A stretch of 64,000 nucleotides of DNA, taken from assembly GCA_964016885.1 (NCBI GenBank), contig OZ024755.1, positions 30,938,001-31,002,000 on the forward strand. The letters are read 5' to 3'. The notes beneath the pieces were generated by a model that worked only from the letters and a program-made list of their open reading frames with translations, made no database searches and had not been told where the DNA came from. Below are positions 25,501-36,020 of this stretch, piece after piece. Numbering within the stretch: position 1 is the stretch's first letter; each line of letters begins with the position of its first letter. The position numbers were made by a program, and so were the translations under genes. This stretch comes from Eledone cirrhosa (lineage: Eukaryota).

Positions 25501-26031
25501 CGGTGACTGAGTTTGGTTCAGGTCTTGTCAGTGACTGAGTTTGGTTCAGGTCTTGTCGGTGACTGAGTTGGTTCAGGTCTTGTCAGTGACTGAGTTTGGT
25601 TCAGGTCTTGTCAGTGACTGAGTTTGGTTCAGGTCTTGTCGGTGACTGAGTTGGTTCAGGTCTTGTCAGTGACTGAGTTCGGTTCAGGTCTTGTCATTGA
25701 CTGAGTTCGGTTCAGGTCTTGTCGGTGACTGAGTTTGGTTCAGGTCTTGTCAGTGACTGAGTTTGGTTCAGGTCTTGTCGGTGACTGAGTTGGTTCAGGT
25801 CTTGTCAGTGACTGAGTTTGGTTCAGGTCTTGTCAGTGACTGAGTTTGGTTCAGGTCTTGTCAGTGACTGAGTTTGGTTCAGGTCTTGTCGGTGACTGAG
25901 TTGGTTCAGGTCTTGTCAGTGACTGAGTTTGGTTCAGGTCTTGTCGGTGACTGAGTTGGTTCAGGTCTTGTCAGTGACTGAGTTTGGTTCAGGTCTTGTC
26001 ATTGACTGAGTTTGTTCAGGTCTTGTCAGTG
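22502..26031. repeat. 27/28-bp minisatellite in MRPL50 intron 1 (~128 copies)
   Basis: Unit GGTTCAGGTCTTGTCRGTGACTGAGTT(T), with CAGT/CGGT/CATT and TT/TTT/CTT variants. Confidence 0.97.
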
Positions 26032-26312
26032 AACTTTCCAAGAATGGACTGTACCTGCAATTCTCAAGGGCTGCCTTGTCACACTGTCATGCTGAATCTC
26101 TCTAATAATTATGTTATGGGTACATGTGTCTGTGGAATACTCAGCCACATACATGTTAATTCAATAAGTAAGCAAGTTCTGTTTATTGAACAACTCATTG
26201 TAAAAAGCAGCTGAGATTCATTTATCTTATTCTCTTAATTTACATCAATTAATTAATTTTTTTTAGTTCTTAAAATTTACACCAAAAAAAACCTCAAATT
26301 TTCTTGTTGCAG

Positions 26313-26437
26313 ATTCCATTAAGAACTGCTTTCTTCCGGAGAAAGGACAAGTCAGATGAAACGGATGAGAGAGCTTTCAATCTCTCACAAGATGGCCCAA
26401 CTATAAAAGATCGTTATTCTTCCTTGAAAAAAAGGAC
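26313..26437 (+). CDS. MRPL50: Mitochondrial ribosomal protein L50, exon 2
   Basis: ttcttgttgcag|ATT...AGGAC|gtaagt. Open frame IPLRTAFFRRKDK...SSLKKR, with phases 0/2 fitting both neighbours. Confidence 0.8.
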
Positions 26438-27049
26438 GTAAGTTGTTTGAAGGATTTATTACTAGTTCAGTAAATATAGGGTGTCCCAGAAATTTTTCAT
26501 ACATACTTTGAAGTCATCATCATCATTTAACATCTATCTTCCACGCTAGCATGCGTTAGGCAGGAATTGTCCCACTTGAGGCAAGATTGGTCGGATGTAT
26601 GCAAGTGTGTATGCATTTTGGGGGTACACCCTATATATTTTATATTTTTATACATATATTGTATTTCCAATGAAGAAGCATATATATGGTCACTTGACCT
26701 GATAGAAACCAAATTAACTATTTTAGATGGTTGATGTATTTACACAATGTCACTATGGAAAAAACTGGTTACAACCAGATCTACCCTTCTTTACCCCTTC
26801 TCCACTTTCTTTATCTTTGTTTTTTCATATTTCCATCATTGTATAGCTTCTTTTTATAAAATATAACCTTTTAAAATATAACTATTTCCCGGCGCCGAAG
26901 ACGCTTCGTCTTTGAGGATGCACCCTATTTTTGACAACCAAAAATTTGAAAAAAAATAATAAACAACCTCCGGCCTCCAGGACGCATGGTAGATTTTTGA
27001 GACTTACTTTAGGAAAAAAGTAGTGTCTTCAATACCGGGAAATACGGTA

Positions 27050-27520
27050 ATTAGTTAAACTCGCTATCTTCAATTCGGTATTTGTACCAACCCTTACCTA
27101 TGGTCCTGAATCTTGGGTAATGACGAAAAGAATACAAGTGGCTGAAATAGGGTTCCTCCGAAGGATCTTTGGAGTAACGTTACTCGATAAAGTGTGTAGC
27201 TCAGAGATAAGAGTGTCACTCCAAATAGAGCCTCTACTTCTCCGAATTGAGAGACACAGATCTGATACTATAGACATGTGATTAGAATGTCTCAGGAAAG
27301 AATCGCTGGACAGATTTTATGGGCAAAACCAACTGGCAGGAGTCCCAGGGGTAGACCCCGAGCAAGATGGTTGGATAACATCCATGAACTTGGCTGGTCA
27401 TGCTTGGGGATCCAGCCAGATCAGTTGGAGACAGTTGCTTCTGACAGGACCCGCTGGAAGGAGTGTTTGAGGTTTCTGTCCCCACTCTCCTCTCAGGAAT
27501 AAGTGGGCGAAGAAGAAGAA
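27050..27520 (+). mobile_element. RTE LINE 3' fragment with short GAA tail
   Basis: Homologous to 13785-14265. Confidence 0.8.
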
Positions 27521-27936
27521 TAGTCAGCGATTTAACACCACCATTTAGCATATGTATGTCTTCAACTGAATCCACTCTGTTGTTAGCATTTGAATCAGTT
27601 GCCAGTTTGAGGACATCTTTTTCTTCCTCCCACTAGTTATAGGTGAGCCTAAAAAGGGTCAGGGACACTGCCCTACCTCATTCAATAAACAGTTAGGAAA
27701 AAAACAATGGGTTACTACATGTTTCATTTAACACATTGTTTTGATCATGTGACCTTGGTTACTTGTGTATCACATGACATCTGCTGTAAATATATAATGA
27801 ACACCCTAACAATATGGAACAGTTAACCTGAAACTGTACTCCTCTATTTCAACTTGATATGTCGAACCTATGCTAGCGTGAAAATTGGACGTTAAACGAT
27901 GATGTTGATGATGATTACTTCCAACATTCTAATATT

Positions 27937-28174
27937 ATTTCCTGTTATTCTGAAGCTCTAACTCCCTACCTTTTACTTTTCTGTCTCCTCAATCTGTCGG
28001 TCAGTACCTACTATAAAAGGCTATAAACCAGGCATGTCAAACTGAGGGTCTCCTGAGGGCCACACATGACAACTAATTGCGCACATTACAACTAATATTT
28101 TTTTTTTTATTACGCTCGCGTTGTAAAAACCTTTGTGCGGGCCGCATGTTCGACATGCCTGCTATAAACCACCA
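27937..28174 (+). pseudogene. Dead tandem duplicate of the MRPL50 exon-3 acceptor and exon start
   Basis: Copy of ~28174-28270 with the acceptor AG changed to CG (ctgtcgg vs ctgtagg), interrupted by a MITE. Confidence 0.8.
28029..28161. mobile_element. hAT (Charlie-like) MITE
   Basis: TIRs CAGGCATGTCAAAC / GTTCGACATGCCTG and a perfect 8-bp TSD CTATAAAC (28021-28028 and 28162-28169). Confidence 0.88.
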
Positions 28175-28236
28175 TTTCCTGTTATTCTGAAGCTCTAACT
28201 CCCTGTCTTTTATTTTTCTGTCTCCTCAATCTGTAG

Positions 28237-28372
28237 GTCAGTACGAACTGTGAAAGGCTATAAACCACCATCAGACCTCAAACAAAAAATACAACAGATT
28301 ACTACGGATGTTTTTGGAAAGGTGCCAAACTGGAAGAAAATATCTCTGGATGATCGCATTCTGAAATTTAAG
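28237..28372 (+). CDS. MRPL50: Mitochondrial ribosomal protein L50, exon 3
   Basis: SVRTVKGYKPPSDLKQKIQQITTDVFGKVPNWKKISLDDRILKFK matches the mL50 motif Y.PP.DL...VFG...NW..ISL.D..LKF. AG/GT boundaries are in phase. Confidence 0.92.
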
Positions 28373-29174
28373 GTATATTTACTGTTTTGTAACCAATAAT
28401 GATAATGATTTTTACTTTAGGCACAAGGCCAGCAATTTGGGGGGAAGGGAAAGTCGATTAAATCAACTCCAGTACGTTACTGGTGCTTTATTTATTGACC
28501 CCGTAAGGTTGAAAGGCAAAGTTAACCTCATTGCTTAATCGAAAATGTTTTTAAGGCATATTTCTAATGTGGATTCACTGGTACTCCTTGGTAATATTGG
28601 TTTCTGATTTAGGCACAAGGTCAACAATGTTGGGGGAGGGGAAAGTCAATTAAATCAATCCCAGTGCATTACTGGTACTTTATTTTATCGACTCAGTAAG
28701 GATGAAAGGCTAAGCTAACTTCAGCGTGATTTGAACTCAGAACGTAAAGGGCCATAACTCTATGCCCCAAAGCATGGAGTCCGATGCTCTACCGATACAG
28801 CCAATCCACTGCCTTCATTAATAATAATATAAAGTATAAAGCCATGTGATAATAATAAATGGTTTCACCTGTTCTAAATATTTGATGCAGAAACATAAGT
28901 TATAGAAATAGAAGCACTGCCTTGACATTGACTACATAATATAGTCTAATATTGGGGCATAGAAACCCACTGAATGAATGATATCCATCTTTTTCTGTTC
29001 AGTGGGTTTATATGCTGCAAAATTGGACTACATTCATCATCATCACCATTTAACGTCCATCTTCCATGTTATCATGTTATCTGAGGCAAGTTGGGTCGGG
29101 TGACCGTCTCTCGCTCATATAGGACTGTTTCTGGCTGGTTTTCTACAGCTGGATGCTCTTCTTTATGCCAAGCA

Positions 29175-29820
29175 CATTTACAGGGTGGGCTGGGTGCTTT
29201 TTGTCGTGTCTCCTACACAACCACTTTACAGTGTGGGCTGGGTGTGTTTTGTTGTGACACCTACACGACCACTTTACAGTGTGGGCTGGGTGTGTTTTGT
29301 CGTGACACCTACACGACAGCTTTATAGTGTGGGCTGGGTGCTTTTTTGTCGCGACACCTACATGACCACTTTACAGTGTGAACTGGGTGCTTTTTGTTGT
29401 GACACCTACATGACCACTTTACAGTGTGGACTGGGTGCTTTTTGTCGTGACACCTACATGACCACTTTACAGTGTGGACTGGGTGCTTTTTGTCATGACA
29501 CCTACATGACTACTTTACAGTGTGGGCTGGGTGCTTTTTGTTGTGACACCTACATGACCACTTTACAGTGTGGACTGGGTGCTTTTTGTCGTGACACCTA
29601 CATGACCACTTTACAGTGTGGACTGGGTGCTTTTTGTCGTGACACCTACATGACTACTTTATAGTGTGGGCTGGGTGCTTTTTGTCGTGACACCTACATG
29701 ACTACTTTATAGTGTGGGCTGGGTGCTTTTTGTCGTGACACCTACATGACTACTTTATAGTGTGGGCTGGGTGCTTTTTGTCGTGACACCTACACGATAG
29801 CTTTACAGTGTGGGCTGGAT
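29175..29820. repeat. 48-bp minisatellite (~13 copies) inside a (CAT)n-tailed retroelement
   Basis: Unit CCACTTTACAGTGTGGRCTGGGTGCTTTTTGTCGTGACACCTACATGA. The host element starts at ~29033, and related copies occur at 30450-30635, 31470-31670 and 32940-33195. Confidence 0.93.
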
Positions 29821-30019
29821 GTTTTGTGGTACCAACATAACTTTACAGAGTAAAGGTGATGTGAGCGGAATTGGGAGGAAGGTGTAGGGTGTATATTGGA
29901 TTAAGAGGGGCCTACAAGGCGGGTCTTCTGTATATTATGTAGTCAAAATATTATAGTGATGCTTCTATTTCTATTTCAATTATAAAACTTATAAAAAATT
30001 CTATGTTGATTTATTCCAG

Positions 30020-30337
30020 TTTCTTTCCAAATGTATTGAAGAATTTGATCATGAGGTTCCCAATATTGAACTGAACTTCTTAACAGATGTAACAAAAGCT
30101 ATGGAATTCTTTCAAACAGAAGTCAAAGACACGTCATCATATGAAGATTTATCAAAATTAGACCTTCCTCGAAATTTACACATCCAATTGGAACCGGTTC
30201 GTTTCCATCCTGATACTGACACAATGTTTGATGGTAAGACAGCTTTCCCAAGCAGACCAACTAAAATTTCCAGCATCAAATACAAATATAAATACAAGGG
30301 GCATGATGGACAGAATCGAGTCAAGTCATCCAGTTAA
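30020..30337 (+). CDS. MRPL50: Mitochondrial ribosomal protein L50, exon 4 (terminal)
   Basis: FLSKCIEEFDHEVPN...DLPRNLHIQLEPVRFHPDTDTMFDGKTAFP...KYKG, the invertebrate-type mL50 C-terminus, ending in TAA. Total CDS 663 nt. Confidence 0.92.
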   Translation, partial: FLSKCIEEFDHEVPNIELNFLTDVTKAMEFFQTEVKDTSSYEDLSKLDLPRNLHIQLEPVRFHPDTDTMFDGKTAFPSRPTKISSIKYKYKYKGHDGQNRVKSSS

Positions 30338-30371
30338 CATCTGACAAAGACAGTTTTGATATTTGAGCTTT

Positions 30372-30377
30372 AATAAA
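30372..30377 (+). terminator. Polyadenylation signal of MRPL50
   Basis: AATAAA 35 nt after the stop, followed by a GT-rich stretch. Confidence 0.55.
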
Positions 30378-31689
30378 ATTAATATCTCAGACTGTTTGTT
30401 ATTATCATCATCATTACATTTGTTTTTCCATCAGCACAGTCACCCATGAAGGAGTCACGACAAAAAGCACCCAGCGCACACTGTAAATGTGGTTAGCGTA
30501 ATGAAGGGCTGCCAGCTGTAGAAATCTAGCCAGAAACAATTCCATATGAGCAAGACACAATCACCTGATCCAACTTGCCTCAAATGGGACAACCCGTCTA
30601 ACCCATGCTAGCGTAGAAAGTGAATGTTAAACGATGTTAAAGCATTTTGTCTGATGCTCTACCAATTCTGCCTTTCCAATGTTAAATAGTAATTCCTAAC
30701 ATTGATGCAAGACAACACATTTTGGAAAGGGTAGAGTTAATCAGATTAAATCCAGTACTCGACTTGAAAGGCTAAGTCAACCTCAGCATGATTTGAACTC
30801 AAAGCATCACCATCATCATTTTTACGTCCATTTTTCCATGCTTGCATGGGTTGGATGGGTCCTTCTCAACACTATATCTCTCCACTTGTCGCATTCCTTC
30901 ATCATCTCCTCTATCAGTCTTAGCAATTTGAGATCAGCTCTCACAACTTCTTCCCAGGTATTTCTTGGTCTACCTCAACTGTGGCTTCCCTCTACTGGGA
31001 TTTCATGACATTTCTTCACCTATCAGTCGCTGTCTATGTGTATCACATGTCCATACCAACACAGTCTGGTCTCTTGCACCTGCCTTTCTCGCTCATTTAC
31101 ATTGCACATCCAATAAAGTGTGATTGCTTCATTTCTCTCCTCTTTCTCTTAAAACTGGCTGTAAGTAGTCACTCATACTGATGTTAAGGTATTGTTCTCA
31201 AAATAAATAATATCAAAATCTCATAGATTCAATATTAGGTGAGATAAAGTCTTTACAACAAAAATACAATAGTAGATATAGAGTAATTTAAATGCTAAAC
31301 CTTCTCTCTCTCACTATGCTGAATCTCCCTGAGAATTATGTTAAGGGCCCACAAGTCCATGGACTGCTCAGTCACTTATATGCTAATTTCATGAGCAAGC
31401 TGTTCCAGTGATCAAACAACTAGAACACTCATTGTTGAAACTAACAAAGCGCCATCAAAATATATATTGTGTAGGTGTCACGACAAAAAGCACCCAGTAC
31501 ACACTGTAAATGAGGTTGGTGTGAGGAAGGGCATCCAGCTGTAGAAACCCACCCAAAATCATTTTTGTATGAGCAAGACATAGTCATTTAACCAAGCATT
31601 TCTCACAACAGGACAACTCGTCTAACCCATGCTAGTGTGGAAGAATGGATGTTAAACAGTAATGATGATTATACATATACATATATATA

Positions 31690-32878
31690 CAGGGTGCAGA
31701 CGATATTTGTTCGCAAGATTACTGTCTAGGAAAAAATAACAGTAGTTTTATTTTTTAAGATATATTTATCAAACTTGGGACAGTTTGTCTTGATGACAGT
31801 GGCTACAGGCCTTTGTCACTGTCCCCCGACTTAGGCCCCTAAAGGCACTTGTGATCCTGGCCTTCAGATCGTCTTTCGTATTGCAGCTAGATCTGTTGGT
31901 GTCTCGTTCCACTGCCCCCCACACAAAGAAGTTGAGGGAGTTGCAGTCAGGCGAGCTGGGAGGCCAGATGTCAGGTGAAGTGTGATCGACGAAGTTCTCA
32001 GCCAGGCTTGGATCTTTCGGCTGGTATGGCAGGGCGCTGAGTCTTGCTGCCACACGTACGGCCTACCTGCAGCTACCTGATCGATCCAGGGCTTTACTAC
32101 CTCGCTCAGAACGCAGATGTAGACATCGGTGTTCAGCTTGAGGCCCTCAGGGAAGAAGTGAGGTGGCATGACGTCACCTTGACTGCTGACGACACCTAAG
32201 ACCAATGTTGTCGCTGGAAACTTTGTCTGCATGACTCTGGGCACGTCTTTGGATGAGACAGCGAGCCACCTGTTGTTCTGGGAGTTGATCTTCTGGTCTT
32301 GGCAGAAGTTTTTCTCGTCGGAGAAAAACCACAGCATGTCTGGCTCCAGTGGGTGTTTCAACTTGTTGATCAGCTTCTTTGCATGCTTCAGTCACTTTTC
32401 TTGCATCACCTTTGACAGAAACGTAGCGAATGTCTTCATGTACCACCAGCCTAATGAGCTTTTGATCCACGCCTTTCTCCCTTGCAATGGCACGCATCGA
32501 CTTGCTAGGTTCATTGTTGATGATATCCTGAACTTCAGCGATGAACTCAGGCGTTCTGAAGGCGTCAGATCGTCGATCATGTGTTTTCCTCTCTAATGTT
32601 GCTTCGTAGTCGAATCCTGAATCTTCCAATTCCTTTCTGACCTTTTCCACCATTCTCCTGCTGACGCTGAGAAAGTCTGAAATTTCCTTATTTGTCCTCC
32701 TTCCAAGTGTCTCTTCCACAAATTTGGAGGTTCAAAATTATTCATAATCAATTATTCTGAAAATAAATAATGGAAATATAGTCACTGTTTTTATGAAGAC
32801 AAGAGTGACAACGGAAGTACAAAAAATTGGCATAAAATTACCAGTTGAAAATTGCGAACAAATATCGTCCACACTCTG
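31690..32878 (-). mobile_element. Defective Tc1/mariner (maT/DD37D-like) DNA transposon
   Basis: 27-bp TIRs CAG(G/A)GTG(CA/TG)GACGATATTTGTTCGCAA with TA on both sides. Frameshifted transposase with FSDEKNF, WQQDSAPCH and WPPSSPDCNSLNFFVW (third Asp replaced by Asn). Confidence 0.92.
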
Positions 32879-33642
32879 TATATATATCGGTTACAAGCTG
32901 AAGCTGAAGCATATAGACAACATGCCTCCACCCCCTCCCACTGCAAAGTGGTCGTGGAGGTGTCACGACAAAAAAGCACCCAGTCCACACTGTAAAGTGA
33001 TCGTGTAGGCGTCACGGAAAAATAGCACCCAGTACTCACTGTAAATGAGGTTGGCATCCAGCTGTAGAAATCAAGCCAAAATCAGTTCCCATATGAGCAA
33101 GACAAGGTCACCCGACCTGGCATTGCCCACAACAGGACAACTCGTCTAACCCATGCTAGTATGGAAAAATGGATGTTAAACAGTAATAATGATTATAGAT
33201 ATGGATATGTGTATCCGGGTGCAATCCAGGGCAACCACAGTAAGTAAAGTACTCAATACATAGCAGAGTATAAATACTTAATATAGAAATTACTTCTACA
33301 GGACTAAAACTGATGATTTCCTTCGAATGAAACAGTTCTAGTCCTGTAGAAGCTATTTATATATTAAATATATATATATATAATCAACCTTAATAACAGT
33401 AATATTTGAACAAAGATAATACATTTTCTTCACAATCAAAAATACTTTATTTTCCTATCTACAGAAAACGTTTTATTGAAATTGAACTCCACATTATTTT
33501 ACTGACATAGTTTTATCTCAACATGTCATTTTCATATCATTATTATTGATCTCTAATCAATATTTAAACGGTCAGCTGAGAAAATTCCTATTTTTTTAAA
33601 GAGAAAAATGCAGCAGAAATTGTTAAGACGATATTTTTCTTT

Positions 33643-33738
33643 TCAGTACAATGTCATTGAACCTTTTATAATTTCTTTGAGAGTTTCAGCAAGTTCTTCA
33701 TCTGACTGCTGCAGTGGTGATAGTTTGGTGACACGGTG
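33643..33738 (-). CDS. ADHFE1: Hydroxyacid-oxoacid transhydrogenase, terminal exon
   Basis: ttttctag|HRVTKLSPLQQSDEELAETLKEIIKGSMTLY*, matching the conserved RVTKL.P..QS.E.L...SM.LY end. Confidence 0.93.
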   Translation of the reverse strand, partial: HRVTKLSPLQQSDEELAETLKEIIKGSMTLY

Positions 33739-35006
33739 CTAGAAAATAAGAAGCAAGGGAGATCATAAATGAAGTACATCTATATATAAATTTGTGTAAA
33801 TTCTGTCACACAATGTGTGAATGTATATGTGTGTAAAAGGAAGGAAGTGGATGGTGAAAAATCTATAGCAAAACTGGCTGGCATTCCATTTGCTACACTG
33901 TGTAAGTTTATGTATAAATGTATGTGTATTTGTGTGAATGTATGTGTGTATTTGTGTAAATGTATGTATGTGAGTGTGTATTTTTGTAAGTGTGTCTGTG
34001 TTTGCACGTTTATCCACATGTATACCATGACTCATACACTATTCACTTCCCTGACATTTGTGTATTATTCTATGTACTATACATACACCTTTGACGAGTT
34101 GTAGTGCACCTGAGCACTTTACACAATAATTTCATTATTCATTATTTATTTATTTATACTTATACGTAAGAAAGAGGGTGTGGTAAGATACCAGGTGGAC
34201 CATAACATACCACAGTACTCAATACTTAGGCCAGAGCTTAGCCGTCGGGGTCCTGACTCTTTTCCTATACTTATACATATAAATGTAAGCATATGCACAA
34301 ACACATACATATCAGCATGTTGAAAAAAATCATAGTTACTGCAAGGAATCTAAAAATATGACACAAGTCTCCAAGAACTGACATACTTTCTAAAGTGCTG
34401 GCTATGTCTTAATATAATAACCCTTTCGTGGCTATATTTTTAACAAGAATATATTCTGCTTTTGTGTTTTAATTATCAAAATAATCCTGAATTATGAGAA
34501 GCTTAGTGAAATAACTAACTTTCAACTTATCTATTATCTGTCACGTAATAATGAGATTTAAGTCCAAGATTTGAATTTACATTTGAACGCTTTAATAGAG
34601 GCACTTTTGGGTAAATTGGTGTTGAAATGATTTAGCTAATACAAGTCAATAAGGAAGACTATGTGGTTTCTCGGCCTGCTAGAAGTAACAACCATATTAT
34701 CCTCAAGTCAACCTGACTATATAGAAAAATAATCAAATATAAATCAAGGATATTTATGAAAAACCAGAGCTTGTGTGAGACAAAATTACAATTTCTTCTA
34801 ATTTGGTGTCCAAAAAGGGAGACCAAGCATGTAATATTGAGTCCTGACCAGGAAGAGAGGAGGAATTGGCTAGTTAGCAATAGCCTGTGAATTACATCAT
34901 ATATGCTCATAATTCAGGTAGTTTCTGATTCTTGGTTAAATATATTTTAATTATTTTTATCTATGATAGATATCATTACATTTAGATAGAAATGAAGTAG
35001 ACATAC

Positions 35007-35164
35007 CTGAGGCAAAGTACCTTTAATCAAGTCAGGAATATCTTCTTCTGTGTAACCAAGAGCTTTCAATCCATTAGGAACCTTCAGTGACTGACAAATT
35101 GATCGTATTTTATCAGAGAGAATAGCACCAGCATCACTTGCTTTCTTGTTGCTAATATCAACTC
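35007..35164 (-). CDS. ADHFE1: ADHFE1 exon
   Basis: (G)VDISNKKASDAGAILSD...GLKALGYTEEDIPDLIKGTLPQ; 158 nt; tag| and |gtatgt boundaries. Confidence 0.95.
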
Positions 35165-36020
35165 CTAAAAGACAAAATAAAATAGGTTCTGTACATGTTA
35201 TATAATACATGTAAGCCACCATGGCTTTAAATAAATATATTATATATCTAAATTGTCCCACCCTTGCAAGCAGGGAAAAGCGGACGTAAAATGATGATGA
35301 TGATGATAAATATATGCAGGTAAAATTCCATTATAACAAATTTTTCAGTATAACGAAATGTTTTTCAATCCTTGGCCACACACTCAATGCATTGGGTCAA
35401 TCTCGTTATAAAAAAGTTTTTGTTACTACAAATTTGTTTTTATACCCCGTGAATTTCGTTATAATGGAATTTTAATGTATAAATCATTATCATCACCATT
35501 TAGCGTCCATTTTTCCATGCTTACATAGGTTAAACAGGTTGTCCACGTTGGGAAACAAGTCTGACCAGAATTGGCCATGCTGTACCTTGCTCTGACGAGG
35601 ACTGTAAATTTGGACGGGTATTTTACAAGTAGATGTCCTTCCTAACACCAACCACATTTACAGTGTGGAACTGGATGTCACCATTATGAGGAGGGACAGG
35701 CCAGTTGGTCGTGCCAAACCCATCTCACAGTGAAACCATAGATTTGGAGCCCAGTACTGGATGACACCGATACGAGGAGCCTAACCCATCTCACAGTGTA
35801 GTGATAGTTTTGGGGCCTGGTACTGGATGGCACTGCTAGCAGGAGGGACAGGCCAGTTGGCTGCGCTGAACCAATCTCATAACATAGTTGTTTTTAGGCC
35901 CGATACTGTATGACACTGCTATGAGGAGAGACAGGTGCAGAACCACAGTTTGGGAGCCTGGCAATGGATGGCACTACTATGCAGAGAGACAGACCAGTTG
36001 GCTGTGCCAAGCCCTTCACA

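Noticed and set aside
22502-26031. CRISPR repeat or repetitive protein (VQVLSVTEL)n
   Set aside because: Contiguous units without spacers. Mixed 27- and 28-bp lengths break the frame, so the ORF exists only across a run of 27-mers.
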